DNA from: Obrimoposthia wandeli
Lineage: Eukaryota
NCBI GenBank assembly: GCA_977020255.1
Contig: CDROCS010000506.1
Location: forward strand, 3,100,001-3,164,000
Reading direction: 5' to 3'
Length of the DNA: 64,000 nucleotides
In this document: positions 21,101-31,541 of the stretch, one piece after another
Numbering within the stretch: position 1 is the stretch's first letter
Layout of the letters: every line of letters begins with the position of its first letter
Notes under the pieces: model-generated
Seen by the model: only the letters and a program-made list of their open reading frames with translations
Told to the model about the DNA's origin: nothing
Database searches by the model: none
Program-made: the position numbers and the translations under genes

Positions 21101-21652
21101 CAACACAGTAGCAAAACCCCAAAAATATTCTTCACCGTTTGGGCGGTCTAAATATATTGGTAACCGCCCAGCTGCGCCATAACCGCCTTGCATTAAATCA
21201 AAAGGACCTGCCAAGGTTAATTTACCGCTATTTTGGATCGCGACTGACTCTTTATTTCTATTCGGTGCAGTGAGTAAGTTATAGCCAAGTGCTTTTTCAT
21301 TACCCGCCAGTGGTGCGATGTAGCGAATAACACCGTTTGGAGCAAGCTGTAATGCGGCGATATTGGGATAGAAAGGCAGCATTTCAGTTGCAAATTGGTT
21401 GAACTGATCTTCATCAAGCTGTTGCTTTTTAACTAAGGCTGCAAGTGGGAAGGTTGCGGATAATGCCTGATTGATCGTACTCTCAATGAGATTGACATAA
21501 ATATGAGATAAATTTTGAATGGCTAAGCGTTCTTTTTGATGTTCATAATTATAAATAGCATAAATTGTAGTCGCAGATAGAACGATAGACACGACGAAGA
21601 TAAGTTGTATCACTAGAGATGTTTTTAATTCTTTCAACATTGAATTCTTCAA
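18128..21652 (-). CDS. Membrane-bound CHASE-PAS-GAF-PAS-GGDEF-EAL c-di-GMP enzyme
   Basis: CHASE (LQLAPNGVI...LAGPFDLMQGG), PAS, GAF, PAS, RDED-x5-GGDEF, GAEALIRW, LDDFGTGYSS, AEGVET. Confidence 0.93.
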   Translation of the reverse strand: MKNSMLKELKTSLVIQLIFVVSIVLSATTIYAIYNYEHQKERLAIQNLSHIYVNLIESTINQALSATFPLAALVKKQQLDEDQFNQFATEMLPFYPNIAALQLAPNGVIRYIAPLAGNEKALGYNLLTAPNRNKESVAIQNSGKLTLAGPFDLMQGGYGAAGRLPIYLDRPNGEEYFWGFATVLLRFPQVLAPVKLSALVDAGFAYQLSRTHPDTGEMQVLVNSPELLSAFPVVNNINIANVTWMLKISHSNGCNHYISLFVMSLLGMLFTILVTFSAISILRIRDDKTGLKNIVAARTKELDDNLKRLNLALTSAGQVWFELNVQSGDISFGGHSAKMAGYGPADVQTTLAHWLESIHPDDLGSASNKYQQSLRNGVAFELEYRRKGKDGQWLWIQTTCEFTAWDDQHKPTWCTGVHTDISQRKKIELHDNARSAVLEKLLKGDPLNIILEHIVSFIEQEQTGALCSVLLANTRGNQLHCGFSSSNIPDFYNAAIDGIEIGDGVGSCGTAAFTKQRVIVENTQTHPYWSPFKALAAKAHLASCWSEPIIGSNNQLLGTFAIYHHQPSTPTARDFKLLEFAVQLSVIAIERNLSDEKIKLSSRVFSETNEGLMITDATGKIIDINPAFTRVTGYSLNEVLGQTPSILSSNKQSPTFFIEMWQSLVEQGHWHGEVWNKKKNGELFAARLSISSLSNDDGETLHYVGLFADITQAKQQQQKLELMAHYDMLTELPNRSLLADRFKLGINHSQQTGTMLGVCFLDLDNFKPVNDRYGHDIGDQLLIAVAQRLSSNIRDEDTASRQGGDEFVLLLGEIESLQHCQELLTQINHCLAQPYLIAGHIFNISVSIGVTLYPDNDADLDTLLRHADYSMYQAKLAGKNRFHLFNPEQDKQKTQKNQQLDEIQQALLNNEFALYYQPKINMKTGEVYGAEALIRWLHPEDGLIPPLDFLPIIEGSALEIQIGDWVINQALKQTVEWQQQGIFLEVSVNIACYHLISPAFLTQLENALASYPNFNAKYLQLEILESGALTDLNTIRDILNTCLNVLGVNIALDDFGTGYSSLTHLKDLPANTIKIDQSFVKNMLDDPDDYAIINGVLALASSFNREVIAEGVETTEHGLMLLEMGCYAAQGYGIARPMPAAKIPHFGQPITPILHCHLLVGISLADNQQLGLIA

Positions 21653-21873
21653 GGTGCGCTATGCCTGTCTTTGCTCTTTAGTGATGGGAAGTGGTGGGTA
21701 CTTCCCCCCTCGTTTATTTTACTGTTTTGATATCTTTGTGATACGACTTACCCGAGATTATCGGGGGAGCTGTGCTATTAATACCACGATGCTGGAGAGC
21801 GGGATATATACATAAAGTATAATTTAATTTTTTGGCTGAAGGTTGCAAAGACCAAATGACAGTGCGGTGATAT

Positions 21874-21916
21874 TGCTCGACCCCGCGATGGTCTTAGCCA
21901 TTAATGAGGTCGAGCA
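21874..21916 (-). terminator. Hairpin downstream of the deaminase
   Basis: TGCTCGACC...GGTCGAGCA stem with an inner ATGG/CCAT pair. Confidence 0.5.
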
Positions 21917-21982
21917 GATATTTGAAGTGTAGTGACCAGATTAAAGTGATGCGGCTGCATCACGCTAATTTCATGTATAAAT

Positions 21983-23335
21983 TTATGTGTTTGCGAGCTG
22001 TGTCGCTAACATGATCTGTTTAGCCATCAACTGATTTAAGTCTAATCCGACGATTGCACCATCAAGTACACGCCATTTACCGGCAACCATTACCTTATCG
22101 GCTTTGGTTGCGCCACACAGTAATAATGCGGCGACGGGAGTCCCTGCACCAGCAAAGCGGATCTCATCGAGTTTAAACAAAGCTATGTCGGCCTGTTTGC
22201 CCACTGCTATCTCGCCAATATCATCACGTCCTAAACAACCTGCAGAGCCCTTTGTTGCCCACTCGAACGCTTTTTGATGGGTGATATCACTGGCACCATA
22301 ACGTAATCGTTGTAATAACAAAGCTTGGCGCACTTCACCGATCATATTCGAACCATCATTAGAGGCCGAACCATCAACCCCTAAACCCACCGGGCTGCCA
22401 GCCGCTTGTAAAGCCAATGTTGGGCACTGGCCTGATGCTAATATCATGTTTGATGATGGGCAGTGACAAACACCGACACCAGCATCACCTAAGCGTACTA
22501 TTTCTTGTTCGTTAAAATGGATCCCGTGTGCCAACCAAGTGCGATCATTTAGCCAGCCAACACGTTCTAGATAGTCAACAGGGCGAACACCAAACATCTT
22601 GATACAAAAATCGGTTTCGTCATGGGTTTCAGCTAAATGGGTATGCAGCCTGACATTATGTTCACGCGCCAGATCGCCTGTTGCGCGCATCAATTCTTCA
22701 CTGACTGAAAAGGGCGAGCAAGGTGCCAGTGCAATACGGGTCATCGCGCCGTCTTCATACTGATGATAGGTTTCAATCAAGCGCTGGCTGTCTGCTAAGA
22801 TCACGCTATCTGTTTGGATCGTCGTGCGTGGCGGTAAACCACCTTGATCTTCGCCTAAGCTCATTGAGCCTCGGGTAAGGTGCACACGAATACCAAGTTT
22901 TTTAGCTTGTTCAATTTGAATGTCGATCGCATGTTCGAGGCCATCAGGGAATAGATAGTGATGATCACTGGCCGTCGTGCAACCGGAGAGTAATAATTCA
23001 CTCAAGGCTATCTGTGTTGAGGTGGCAATCATTTCTGGGGTGAGTTTTGCCCATATCGGATACAGGCTTTGTAACCAAGGAAATAACTCTTTATTTAATG
23101 CATCTGGAAATGCGCGCGTTAGGGTTTGATAAAAATGGTGGTGGGCATTGATCAGACCTGGAATCAAAACGTGCTCGCGGGCATCGACAACGTCATCGAT
23201 TACAGCAATGGGCTCTGCGCCTGCTGGGACTAATTCAACAATAATATCGTCTTGAATAACAATGCCGCCAGCATAAGCGGGATCTAAACAGTCGAGGGGA
23301 TTTTTGATCCACAAACGGGATGATTTAACGTGCAT
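21983..23335 (-). CDS. 8-oxoguanine deaminase (amidohydrolase superfamily)
   Basis: PGLINAHHHFYQTLTR, LAPCSPF, LHTHLAET, WLAHGIH, GLGVDGSASND. Confidence 0.88.
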   Translation of the reverse strand: MHVKSSRLWIKNPLDCLDPAYAGGIVIQDDIIVELVPAGAEPIAVIDDVVDAREHVLIPGLINAHHHFYQTLTRAFPDALNKELFPWLQSLYPIWAKLTPEMIATSTQIALSELLLSGCTTASDHHYLFPDGLEHAIDIQIEQAKKLGIRVHLTRGSMSLGEDQGGLPPRTTIQTDSVILADSQRLIETYHQYEDGAMTRIALAPCSPFSVSEELMRATGDLAREHNVRLHTHLAETHDETDFCIKMFGVRPVDYLERVGWLNDRTWLAHGIHFNEQEIVRLGDAGVGVCHCPSSNMILASGQCPTLALQAAGSPVGLGVDGSASNDGSNMIGEVRQALLLQRLRYGASDITHQKAFEWATKGSAGCLGRDDIGEIAVGKQADIALFKLDEIRFAGAGTPVAALLLCGATKADKVMVAGKWRVLDGAIVGLDLNQLMAKQIMLATQLANT

Positions 23336-23557
23336 ATAAACTCCTAATTGTCAGGGTTTAGAAAAATAATTAAGGCCAAAGACCTTAATAGCTCAAACCC
23401 GGATGTAGGAGCTGATAATGCACAAACCGGAAAGGTGCAGTATCAGTTGATCTAAGATCACGGCTATTTAATGATCGCCTCCAAATCAATCAACCAAGAT
23501 TTTTATAACTTGATTGATAAGGGGTATCACAACAACAAATACCCCTCAAGTCAATAT

Positions 23558-24964
23558 TTAGCGCGCGTGTACTTCTTTCGCTACCACGGTGTTTTGTTGT
23601 TCTTCTTCTCCTTCTTCAACCTCTTTTTCTTTTTTTCGTCGCGGTAGGATCATGCTCATCAAAATAGCAGAGAGACCGGCAACCGTGACTGAAGAACTGA
23701 AAATACTTTTTAACAAAGGTGAAAATGAACTGGTTACTTCAGGCACGGCGACAACACCGAGACCAAGACCAAACGACACCGCCATGATCAATAGATCACG
23801 ACGATCTAAATCGGCAGAAGCTAGAATACGGATACCGGCAGAGGCGACCGTACCAAACATCACCAGTGTTGCACCGCCTAATACTGGCTTAGGTAATGTT
23901 TGCAATACCGCACCAATAATTGGGAACAGGCCAAGCAAGACGAATAGTCCGCCAATATAAAAAGCCACATAGCGACTGGCTACGCCGGTTAATTGGATCA
24001 CACCGTTATTTTGGCTAAAGGTAGACATCGGAAAGCTACCAAAAATAGACGCTAAGCAAGAGTTAACGCCATCACCTAAGACGCCACCACGGATACGGCT
24101 GATGTAAACAGGACCTTGTGTCGGTTGGCGCGATACCATCGAGTTTGCGGTTAAATCACCTGTGGTTTCTATCGCTGTAACAATAGAGATAATGGCGACG
24201 GGAATAAATGCGGCGAAATCAAAATCGAAACCATATTTAAACGGGACCGGTATTGAAATAAGGGCAACGTCTGCAATTTCAAAACTCACCATGTCCATGT
24301 AACACGCGGTTATATAACCGACTAACATGCCGATCATGATGCCAGATAAGCGTAATACCTGATTACTTGAGCGGTTAATTAAAATAATTGTCGCTAACGT
24401 CACGCCACCAACAATGAGATATTTTGCATCGCCGATTTCTGGATTACCGAAACCACCGGCGATATCTGTCATGCCGACTTTAATCAGCGATAAACCGATA
24501 GTGGTGATGACAATTCCGGTCACCACTGGGGTGATAATATGCTGTAATTTATGGATGATACGGCTTAAAAATATCTCTACAAATGAAGCGAAGAAGCACA
24601 CACCAAAAATCATGGCTAAGATTTCTTCGGGGCTACCGCCACGGTTTTTCACAATAAAACCAGCGGCGAGTACGGCGCTTAAAAACGCAAAACTGGTGCC
24701 TTGTACGCAGAGTAATCCTGAGCCGATCGGGCCAAGGCGTTTGGCTTGTAAAAACGTGCCTACACCCGACACAAATAAAGCCATGGAGATAAGATAAGGT
24801 AGTTCACTGCCTAACCCTAAAACGCCGCCAATAATTAATGCGGGTGTGGTAATACCAACAAAGCTCGCTAAAATATGCTGAAAAGCGGCAAACAAGGCTT
24901 TAAGTGGTTCGGGGCGATCATGAAGTTCGTATAACAAGTCATCTGTAGTTCCTTTTGTACTCAT
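23558..24964 (-). CDS. NCS2 xanthine/uracil permease
   Basis: FQHILA, QGTSFAF, ETTGD, STFSQNNGVIQLTGVASR signature. Confidence 0.93.
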   Translation of the reverse strand: MSTKGTTDDLLYELHDRPEPLKALFAAFQHILASFVGITTPALIIGGVLGLGSELPYLISMALFVSGVGTFLQAKRLGPIGSGLLCVQGTSFAFLSAVLAAGFIVKNRGGSPEEILAMIFGVCFFASFVEIFLSRIIHKLQHIITPVVTGIVITTIGLSLIKVGMTDIAGGFGNPEIGDAKYLIVGGVTLATIILINRSSNQVLRLSGIMIGMLVGYITACYMDMVSFEIADVALISIPVPFKYGFDFDFAAFIPVAIISIVTAIETTGDLTANSMVSRQPTQGPVYISRIRGGVLGDGVNSCLASIFGSFPMSTFSQNNGVIQLTGVASRYVAFYIGGLFVLLGLFPIIGAVLQTLPKPVLGGATLVMFGTVASAGIRILASADLDRRDLLIMAVSFGLGLGVVAVPEVTSSFSPLLKSIFSSSVTVAGLSAILMSMILPRRKKEKEVEEGEEEQQNTVVAKEVHAR

Positions 24965-25098
24965 ATCTACTCTACCTCAATGTTGATTATCATCATTATT
25001 TGAACAATTGATATTTTTATTCTGTGTCAGGTACATCCATTTTAAAACGCTGCGACAGAACCCAATATCCATTAAAAATATATAGTTGTTCACATTGA

Positions 25099-25108
25099 TT
25101 GTCTACAA
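25099..25108. promoter_or_regulatory. Possible GntR/FadR-type operator upstream of the purine permease
   Basis: TTGT-CT-ACAA palindrome about 135 nt upstream of the NCS2 start. Confidence 0.4.
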
Positions 25109-25529
25109 CTTGATCACTAATTGGAAACAAAATAGTAACAACATGACGTGGATCTATAATATTAAAATAGAATTAAAAGAGGTGTAATAGCTTATTTTAT
25201 AATTAAAATCAGTAGCTTGCGATTTAATTTTGAATGAGTATTGTGAACAATTTATAACACGTTGTTGTGTTTGTGTTGACGAGGATAATGATATTTAGTC
25301 ATGTTTGTTTAATTGGAGCCGTCAGTAGCTAAAATGGCCGTAATAAAACGTACTTATTTACACTTATTCATAATCTAAATCATCTTGTTACCTCATAATG
25401 GTTAATTTTGATCTCTAATATTGATCAGATCACAAACCTGGTAGGCGTTTTGTGGTTAAATCACGACAGACTGTAAAGTTATATGTGATGTTGCCGATAG
25501 AGTAATGTCCTCTCCATTTATTCAAAGAA

Positions 25530-27161
25530 GTGCCACGAATGAACTTAAAAACACAATCATATTTACTTGCCGGTATCATCTTATCAGCACTTGTTGCTAT
25601 TACTGTCGTGGGTCTGTGGACGCTGAAAGCATCCAGTACGGCGGATAATGAATCTCGGGTGACCGAGGTGTTTCAAACTACCTATAATTTCATTACTAAT
25701 ATGGAAAAAATGGTCGCGTCTGGTGAGCTAGAAGAAAACAAAGCCAAACAAATCGCGATCCAGGTATTGAGAAATAACATCTATAAAGACAACGAATACG
25801 TGTACGTTGCTGATGAAAATCTGATGTTCCTTGCTGCGCCACTTGATCCGCAATTACATGGTACGAGCTTTAATGATTTTAAAGACAGTAAAGGTAAAAG
25901 TGTTGGTCAGATCTTAACGAATGCAGTGAATCGCCAGCCAAATCAAATCGCCGAGTATATTTGGACGCAACGATTGCCTGATGGTTCAGTGGAAGAAAAA
26001 CACTCTATTGCCGAAAAGACCACGCGTTGGGGTTGGATTGTGGGTACAGGTATTGGCGAGAATGAAGTGAATGCGCGTTTTTGGTCGAGTGCTAAATGGC
26101 AATTCGGTTTATGTTTCGTGGTGGCGAGTCTGATTTTTGGACTACTTATGACGGCAATTAAACGTATGATTGCGATTATTGGTGGTGAACCACAAGATGT
26201 ATTAACTGCGATTCAATCGGTAGCTGATGGTCAAATTAGCACATCATTTAGCGAGTCTGCGCCAAGAGACAGTATTTACGGCGCCGTACAAACAATGAGT
26301 ATGTCTTTGGGTGAGTTAGTTCAGCATCTTGGGCAAGCGATGAACGCACTAAGCACAGAGTTACACGATGTTGATACACGCGCTAAACAGATGAGCGAAT
26401 TAACCGAGACCCAACGACAGTCAACGGTGATGATTGCAACGGCAATGACAGAGATGGCGGAATCGGCCAATGGCGTAGCCGACTCTGCCCAAGCGACGGC
26501 GCAAAATACCCTTGATGCGGATAAACAAAGTGTCGATACCCATAATTTAATTAACTCGACAGTGAATAATATTCAAGGTCTTGCTGATCAGCTACACACG
26601 GCAAGTTCTGCGGTGTCTTCGTTAGATGGCGATGTAAATAACATTACCAAGATTTTAGATGTGATTGGCGACATTGCCGAGCAAACTAACTTGCTCGCAT
26701 TGAATGCGGCGATTGAAGCGGCGCGCGCGGGTGAACAAGGCCGTGGTTTTGCGGTTGTTGCTGATGAAGTGCGAAACTTAGCTGGGCGCACCCAAAACTG
26801 TACCAAAGAAATTCAGCAAATGGTGACGAACCTGCAAACTGGCTCTCGTAATGCGATTTCAACCATGGATATATGTGCTGATACGAGTGCGAGTACCGTC
26901 ACGGAATCTAAGCATGCATCGGAAGCCTTGTCGCAAATTGTGACTGCGCTAGAAACCATCTCATCGATGAGTCATGAAATTGCCACTGCCGCCGCTGAGC
27001 AAAAAGTGGTTGGTGAAGATATTGCTATGCAAGTGAACATGATTGAACAGAGCAGTTGTCAGTTATCGACAACCGTATCGGATGGCGCAGAAAGCTCACA
27101 AACCTTGGTGCGATTAACCGCTGATTTAGCCAGTTGGTTGAATAAATTCCAAGTTAAATAA
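25530..27161 (+). CDS. Methyl-accepting chemotaxis protein (sCache_2)
   Basis: NEYVYV...DPQLHG...KDSKGK...WGWIVGTG Cache domain; conserved signalling hairpin. Confidence 0.95.
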   Translation: MPRMNLKTQSYLLAGIILSALVAITVVGLWTLKASSTADNESRVTEVFQTTYNFITNMEKMVASGELEENKAKQIAIQVLRNNIYKDNEYVYVADENLMFLAAPLDPQLHGTSFNDFKDSKGKSVGQILTNAVNRQPNQIAEYIWTQRLPDGSVEEKHSIAEKTTRWGWIVGTGIGENEVNARFWSSAKWQFGLCFVVASLIFGLLMTAIKRMIAIIGGEPQDVLTAIQSVADGQISTSFSESAPRDSIYGAVQTMSMSLGELVQHLGQAMNALSTELHDVDTRAKQMSELTETQRQSTVMIATAMTEMAESANGVADSAQATAQNTLDADKQSVDTHNLINSTVNNIQGLADQLHTASSAVSSLDGDVNNITKILDVIGDIAEQTNLLALNAAIEAARAGEQGRGFAVVADEVRNLAGRTQNCTKEIQQMVTNLQTGSRNAISTMDICADTSASTVTESKHASEALSQIVTALETISSMSHEIATAAAEQKVVGEDIAMQVNMIEQSSCQLSTTVSDGAESSQTLVRLTADLASWLNKFQVK

Positions 27162-27215
27162 TAAAGCAATTACAGTGAATAGCGGGTATTGGTGTTATAC
27201 CCCTATTTTACTGTG

Positions 27216-28184
27216 TCATTTCCAAAATTTACGAATGGTTGGTGTTGAAATTTGTACTTTGGGACATGATTTACAGTAACTTAATTTGTCTAAATCTTTT
27301 TCCCTATGAATTGTTCTTGCTGCTTGTAACCTCGGGCTCATCCAAATATCTTTTAGTGATGTGTCATGGGCATTTTGAATAATTTCTTCTTCTCGAAAAG
27401 CACACTGGAATCGGCAAAGTGGCACATCACCGTTCCAATTTATTTTTAGCTCAAATTTAATAGAGTGGCAGCGTTTATATGGACCGTCAGTAATAATCGG
27501 CCTGTTTGGCGTGAAGGTGTTGAAACTCACGACGTCGGAATGTTTAAACCATTTTAGCTTATAAGTGTTTAATTTTTCTGGATCGTCATTACTAAATGCC
27601 ACGTTGCGGATCGCGACGATTGGTGTGTTAGAGTGTTTTTTTTCTTTCTCTTCATGGAGTAATTGTACGTTACGTTTGACGGTTGCATAATCGCCGCCGA
27701 CACGACGTTTTCCATAACTAGCAGCATCAAATCCATCGATAGAAATACCTAAATAATCGATACCTGAATTGATGACTTCATCCGGAGTTAACACTTCTAA
27801 CAAGGTACCGTTGGTGGTGAACTCGGTTACCACGTTTTGACTTTTGGCAAAGGCTAAAATTTCTTTCAGGTTAGGATGCATTGCAGGCTCTCCTAAACCT
27901 ACAATTCTTAGCATAGTACGTTGATGTTGGGCTATTTCACCTATAATGCTAAACACTAATTTAAGATCCATGTAGCCAACAGGACGTGTCATATTATGTG
28001 TTCTTGGACAATGTGGGCAGCGAAAATTACAATCGTTGGTCAGTTCAAGCTCAACCGCACTGGGGAATGTAGACTGTAAGAACATGTAGGGATATTTGTT
28101 GTAAAATTTAGATCGAATAAAATTAATCGGATTGCCGTGTGAACCATAGTTGCCCATTATTAACTTTTTTATGTAGTTCATCAA
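27216..28184 (-). CDS. Radical SAM protein with SPASM/Twitch-like C-terminal domain
   Basis: CNFRCPHC (CxxxCxxC), GLGEPAMH, TTNGTLL, ISIDG; C-terminal RC...INWNGDVPLC...CKSC. Confidence 0.9.
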   Translation of the reverse strand: MMNYIKKLIMGNYGSHGNPINFIRSKFYNKYPYMFLQSTFPSAVELELTNDCNFRCPHCPRTHNMTRPVGYMDLKLVFSIIGEIAQHQRTMLRIVGLGEPAMHPNLKEILAFAKSQNVVTEFTTNGTLLEVLTPDEVINSGIDYLGISIDGFDAASYGKRRVGGDYATVKRNVQLLHEEKEKKHSNTPIVAIRNVAFSNDDPEKLNTYKLKWFKHSDVVSFNTFTPNRPIITDGPYKRCHSIKFELKINWNGDVPLCRFQCAFREEEIIQNAHDTSLKDIWMSPRLQAARTIHREKDLDKLSYCKSCPKVQISTPTIRKFWK

Positions 28185-28270
28185 AGATACCCAGCGTTGA
28201 GGTTTAAACTAAATCATAGTAGAGGACTGCGATTTTGCTAAGAGCGGTCGTGGTTACTACACGGAACAAT

Positions 28271-28297
28271 TAACATTGATAACATCGATAACATCGA
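28271..28297. repeat. 3 x 9-bp tandem repeat TAACAT(T/C)GA
   Basis: TAACATTGA TAACATCGA TAACATCGA. Confidence 0.85.
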
Positions 28298-28299
28298 TA

Positions 28300-29169
28300 T
28301 CAGTGATGATTTAAAAATTTATCGCGCAGTAAGTTGATCATAGCGCGGGTTTTTTGCGGTAAGAATTGGCGTGAAGAATACACCAAGGTCATGGCAATTT
28401 CTGATTGATAAATATCGGGCAGAACATGAATCAACTTTCCTTGTTTAATCTGTTGCTGAACTAAAATCATCGGCAGCAACGCAATACCATGCCCCGATTG
28501 TGCCATGCGATTCACCAAGCCCAAATCCTCTGAAATTAAGCGTATATTCAAGCCTTCTGGTAATATGCAAGAATCGTAGTGACTGGTTAAAATAGCATGT
28601 TCAAACAGATCGTTCAGACTGTGTGGCATCGGGTGATTTGTCAGGTAATGTGGTGCACAAAACAGGCCTCTTTTAGACGGGAAGAATACTTGCTGGATGT
28701 AATCTTCATTAATAATATCGACGACATCAGGCAATAATTGCAAGTCGATATTTTCACGTTTCAAATCGACACTTTCATGTCGATGAATTATTTCTAAGCT
28801 GATGTCTGGAAACTGTCGTGCGTAGTCATCTAACAATGCTGCAAAGAGAGTTGAAGCAATAAACGCCGCAGGCACGGCAATGCGCAATACGCCTTGTAAG
28901 CTTTGCTGTTGGTTCTTCAGTAGCGAGATGGCTTGGTTTACATCGCTTAATGGCTGATTAATATGTTGATACAACAACCTCCCATGCTCGGTCAGTTCGA
29001 TCTGCCGTGTGGTGCGGATAAGTAGTTGGCAACCTAGTGCTTTTTCTAATTCTTGGAGTCGTCGGCTGACCTTGGAACGCTGTAATCCATGGGCTTGTGC
29101 CGCAGCGCTAATACCGCCATGTCTTACTGTTAATATGAATAAGTACAGATCATCCATCGATGCTTTCAT
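28300..29169 (-). CDS. LysR-family regulator (CrgA/DmlR-like)
   Basis: SAAAQAHGLQRSKVSRRLQELEKALGCQLLIRTTR. Confidence 0.92.
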   Translation of the reverse strand: MKASMDDLYLFILTVRHGGISAAAQAHGLQRSKVSRRLQELEKALGCQLLIRTTRQIELTEHGRLLYQHINQPLSDVNQAISLLKNQQQSLQGVLRIAVPAAFIASTLFAALLDDYARQFPDISLEIIHRHESVDLKRENIDLQLLPDVVDIINEDYIQQVFFPSKRGLFCAPHYLTNHPMPHSLNDLFEHAILTSHYDSCILPEGLNIRLISEDLGLVNRMAQSGHGIALLPMILVQQQIKQGKLIHVLPDIYQSEIAMTLVYSSRQFLPQKTRAMINLLRDKFLNHH

Positions 29170-29319
29170 TGATTGTCCTATTATTAGTCGAGCTATTATT
29201 CATTAACGCATTACTCATTGTCCTACTTATGAGACGCAAGTGCCATATTAATTGTTGTATTTAATCAAGTCGAATATTTCTATAATCCCCCACTGTTTTA
29301 TTCGTCATCGGAAATTTAT

Positions 29320-30387
29320 ATGCCTCATACCCAGTCCGCTTTTCATCGTTGGATGCGTCGCCTTATTGTCTTGTTCATTGTATTCATGGCTTACATCATA
29401 GTAGCCGATAGATACGCACCGTTAACCACCGAGAGTCGAGTTTATGGTTATGTGGTGCAATTAGCACCGGAAGTATCAGGGCCGATCATCGATGTTGCCA
29501 TCAGTAATAATCAGCATGTGGAAAAGGGCCAGCTGTTGTTTCGTATTAATAATAGCAAATACAGCATCGCGGTAAACAAGGCCAACGTGGCATTACAACA
29601 AGCGTATGAGCAACAAACATCCTTGTATGCGCAGGTCGAAGCGGCCATCGCAAATACCGCCAGCAGTAATGCCAATTACAACAATGCGGCGGCGGAATAT
29701 AAACGTATCAGCAAGCTGGCTAAAAAACACCTGGTGTCCGTGTCTATGCAGGATAGTGCTTATGCCAAATATCAAGCTGCGCGCTCGACACTGCATGCGG
29801 CTAAGCAACAAACCCTCGCAATTAAAGCCCAATTGGGGACGGGAGTGGGTGACAGCTCATTGGTGATGGCGGCTAAGAATAACCTTGCGCAAGCGACATT
29901 AGATTTATCCCACACCAACATCTATGCACCGAACACGGGCGTGATCACGAATCTGCAATTAGAAGTCGGCGCGATGGCCACTGCGAATCAACCGATGCTG
30001 ACGTTTATTTCCAGCGATTCGCTGTGGGTAGCTGCTGATTTTCGTGAAAAAGCCACGACATTAATCAGTAAAACCTCCGCTGCTTATGTCACTTATGATG
30101 CGCTGCCGGGGCAAGTATTTAACTTCACTGTCGCCAGTCGTGACTTTGGTGTGGCGTCGGCGCAGCAAACCGCCAGTGGTCAATTAACCTCGGTGGAAGT
30201 CAGCAATCGTTGGGTGCGAGATGCTCAGCGTATACGCGTGAACCTTGCCAGTGAGCAAGCTATCCCGAGCCAACTATTTGTCGGCTCGCGCGCCACCGTG
30301 GTGCTTTACCCTACCGATAATGTGTGGTGGCAAACTTTGGCAAGTCTGCAGATCAAGCTTGCTGGTTTACTGCATTATATTTATTAA
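29320..30387 (+). CDS. HlyD-family membrane fusion (efflux adaptor) protein
   Basis: N-terminal TM, LAPEVSG, VEKGQLLF, IYAPNTGVITNL, WVRDAQRIRV. Confidence 0.92.
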   Translation: MPHTQSAFHRWMRRLIVLFIVFMAYIIVADRYAPLTTESRVYGYVVQLAPEVSGPIIDVAISNNQHVEKGQLLFRINNSKYSIAVNKANVALQQAYEQQTSLYAQVEAAIANTASSNANYNNAAAEYKRISKLAKKHLVSVSMQDSAYAKYQAARSTLHAAKQQTLAIKAQLGTGVGDSSLVMAAKNNLAQATLDLSHTNIYAPNTGVITNLQLEVGAMATANQPMLTFISSDSLWVAADFREKATTLISKTSAAYVTYDALPGQVFNFTVASRDFGVASAQQTASGQLTSVEVSNRWVRDAQRIRVNLASEQAIPSQLFVGSRATVVLYPTDNVWWQTLASLQIKLAGLLHYIY

Positions 30388-30467
30388 GGCCACTGGGTTT
30401 ATTAAGACTGCATGGGTTTATTCGGCCGAGTCAGTGTATTCGGTCGATTTAGTTTAACGGGGAGGGG

Positions 30468-31466
30468 ATGATGAAAACGATGCGACTTTGGTTTGCATGT
30501 GTGTTTGGTTTAGCGCTAAGTATGGTTTTTGGTTGGTCGTATGGTTTTTTTGCTGCGTTACTGCCGGTATTTATAATTGCCCGTGCAGATGATTGGCATT
30601 GCAGTTTAATCAATCAAATGGTGTTCGGCATTATTTTAGTCACGCTGGAAGTGAATTTCATTTCGGGTTTTTTACAAGCGTATCCTTGGTTGATGACAGT
30701 GGCCGTGGCCATTTTATTTTTGAGTAAGTGTATCGCCATGACCAAACCAAGCAGTTATTTGTTTGGTTTTACAGGATTGCTGGTGGGCTCGATTGCACTT
30801 AATTTTATCAGTTATCCGAGCTTTGATATTGAGGACTTCACGGTCACGCTTTGGGTCAGTGCTTTTGCTATTTATCCTATTTGTGCACTAGCGTATTTTT
30901 TATTTCCCGAACCAGTAAACCTAAAGGTGGTGAAGCCACATGCCGCGCCTGCGGCACCGCACGATCACATCGGCGTATTACGGCAGGCTGCAATGGGGTG
31001 GACCATCGCCATGTTGGCTTTTTTAATCTTTCAGTTTGCGGATCTGAGTGACTCGATTTCAGCGCAAGCGTCTATTTTTATTGTGTTAACACCGATGACT
31101 TTCCTTGGTTCCATGGCGGTAGCAAAAATTCGCATCAGCGGTACATTGCTGGGTTGTGTAGCGGGTATGGCGATCCAGTTAGGTTTATCGAGTTGGGCTA
31201 ATAATGGATTATTATTTTTAATGGCCTTTGCGATAGCGGCTGGTTTTTTTGCTTGGTTAATCGCCATGGGTGGGGTTAAATCTGGGCTTGGGTTCTCGGC
31301 GTTGAGCGCATTAGCAGTGCCCCTGACAACCGCTTTTCAGCCTGGGCAACAAGATGCATTCTTCTCTATTGTCTATCGTTTTAGCTCTATTACCTTTGCG
31401 GTTATTTTAACGTCGTTGGCAATATGGTTGACCCATTGCGTGCTAGTGAGAGTGATTAAAGCGTGA
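30468..31466 (+). CDS. DUF2955-family (FUSC-like) membrane protein
   Basis: Polytopic membrane protein in the typical LysR-HlyD-DUF2955 arrangement. Confidence 0.8.
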   Translation: MMKTMRLWFACVFGLALSMVFGWSYGFFAALLPVFIIARADDWHCSLINQMVFGIILVTLEVNFISGFLQAYPWLMTVAVAILFLSKCIAMTKPSSYLFGFTGLLVGSIALNFISYPSFDIEDFTVTLWVSAFAIYPICALAYFLFPEPVNLKVVKPHAAPAAPHDHIGVLRQAAMGWTIAMLAFLIFQFADLSDSISAQASIFIVLTPMTFLGSMAVAKIRISGTLLGCVAGMAIQLGLSSWANNGLLFLMAFAIAAGFFAWLIAMGGVKSGLGFSALSALAVPLTTAFQPGQQDAFFSIVYRFSSITFAVILTSLAIWLTHCVLVRVIKA

Positions 31467-31541
31467 CATCGTTATCGGTGTCGCTATCTTTTATTTTTAC
31501 TGAAAAAAATAAGACTACAATTATCGTTAACGTAGACATAT

